The translations under genes and the position numbers were made by a program. Under the pieces are notes generated by a model, which had not been told where the DNA came from, did no database searches, and saw nothing but the letters and a program-made list of their open reading frames with translations. Source: Armatimonadota bacterium (GTDB lineage: Bacteria > Armatimonadota > Armatimonadia > Armatimonadales > Armatimonadaceae). From it: DNA of 20,272 bases. This document shows positions 19,422 to 20,272 of this stretch, piece by piece. Within the stretch, counting starts at the first letter, position 1. Each line of letters opens with the position of its first letter. The stretch spans positions 1 to 20,272 of the forward strand of contig JAYUUO010000310.1 of assembly GCA_043754515.1 (NCBI GenBank), given 5' to 3'.

Positions 19422-19795
19422 CTACATGTAACTTATCGATGAACTCGCTGAAAGACGACGCGACCACACAATCTATATACCCGCTTGAGGAGTATAGAAT
19501 GTGGACGGGATGACCCGAGCCTTCGTCACTCAGGTAGAGCAAATCCCCCCCGCCGTTCTGGGCGAAAGCTACAGCAGTAACACCCAAGAAGTCAGTCAAC
19601 TGCATTGTGTACACCCAGACACTGGAACGCTCATCTTCGTCCGCCGTTAATGCGAAGAAGTTACTGACGGACCCCTGCCCCAACCGCCCATCGGACAGCT
19701 GGTACTCGAAGACGCGGTACTGTGTGTGGCCTCCGTTGGAGTGCTTCAAGAATCGAACGTAGTCATCCGGCAGCCTGAGATCGTATTTATTTTGG

Positions 19796-20101
19796 GTAAC
19801 TATTCAGCCCCATTTTACACAATATATGGGGTCTGCAACTGCAGAAACACAATATGTAGATCGCCGAATCGCATTTTTACAGTCTACCATAGTGACAAAG
19901 ACCAACCTAAACGATCATCTGCGAAGTCGGCGATTGCGAGCATCAGGAGACTACCATAGTGACAAAGACCAACCTAAACGCGTAACAAGCACCGCGATAT
20001 TCTCACAAATCACCTCTACCATAGTGACAAAGACCAACCTAAACCCCATATGTAGTAGATCGCAACGGTTACACCTCACTACATATGGGCTGAATAGTTA
20101 C
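19796..20101. mobile_element. MITE-like non-autonomous element (306 bp) carrying a CRISPR-like mini-array
   Basis: Perfect 15-bp TIRs GTAACTATTCAGCCC (19796-19810) and GGGCTGAATAGTTAC (20087-20101). 8-bp direct repeat TATTTTGG immediately outside both (19788-19795, 20102-20109). The empty site restores a gene. Confidence 0.92.
19884..20044. CRISPR. CRISPR-like mini-array: 3 repeats, 2 spacers, no cas genes in the window; orientation unknown
   Basis: Identical 29-bp repeat CTACCATAGTGACAAAGACCAACCTAAAC at 19884-19912, 19951-19979 and 20016-20044. Unique spacers of 38 bp (19913-19950) and 36 bp (19980-20015). Confidence 0.8.
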
Positions 20102-20194
20102 TATTTTGGAAGGACTCTATCAGTGAATCGGACACCGAGGAGACGTTTTTATAGTGGTGAAGTTCTAGCTCGGTTAAGTGCGTGTGCCAAAATA

Positions 20195-20272
20195 CATGAC
20201 ATTTAGGATTTACCCGTCGCCGGTGTTTTTCAGAGGAAGCCCCATCAAATGACGGTGGCTCTAAATGTCATG
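20195..20272. repeat. 12-bp perfect inverted repeat closing a 78-bp hairpin at the window edge
   Basis: CATGACATTTAG (20195-20206) and CTAAATGTCATG (20261-20272), with inner CCGTC/GACGG pairing. Confidence 0.55.

Larger units (their letters stand above)
19402..20135 (-). pseudogene. SMI1/KNR4 (SUKH) family immunity protein interrupted by the 19796-20101 element; start uncertain
   Basis: Removing the element plus one TSD copy (314 bp) gives an uninterrupted frame VSDSLIESFQNKYDLRLPDDYVRFLKHSNGG...AFAQNGGGDLLYL...VVASSFSEFIDKL, a classic SMI1/KNR4 pattern. Confidence 0.85.

Noticed and set aside
19826..20206. 126-aa ORF across the array (and 19726-19959)
   Set aside because: Translates the repeats and crosses the element boundary; no recognisable domain.
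1..20272. cas genes, intact transposase, tRNA or rRNA
   Set aside because: No Cas1/2/6, RuvC, HEPN, DDE or structural RNA signatures recognised in any ORF or intergenic region.

Overview
GC-rich bacterial chromosomal window. The gene content (DUF1559/H-X9-DG prepilin, DUF6785-like membrane protein, DUF4382/DUF5666-like lipoprotein) suggests Armatimonadota or a similar lineage; this is inference. The core (1.3-18.3 kb) holds a TIM-barrel sugar isomerase, a DUF58 protein, a SUKH-like protein, an LprI-family protein, a double redoxin, a ferritin-like protein, a YqeG phosphatase, a lipoprotein, a degenerate MshEN-PilB/GspE protein, a pilin plus transporter pair and a GT1 glycosyltransferase. Both ends are accessory and decaying. 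The left end has two copies of a hairpin-rich MITE and an IS3-family orfA remnant. The right end has a TlpA/DUF1573-like pseudogene and an SMI1/KNR4 gene split by the main finding: a 306-bp non-coding element (19796-20101) with perfect 15-bp terminal inverted repeats and an 8-bp target-site duplication (TATTTTGG). Its cargo is a CRISPR-like mini-array of three identical 29-bp repeats with 38- and 36-bp spacers, with no cas or transposase gene inside it. All family assignments come from motif recognition by eye, not database searches.
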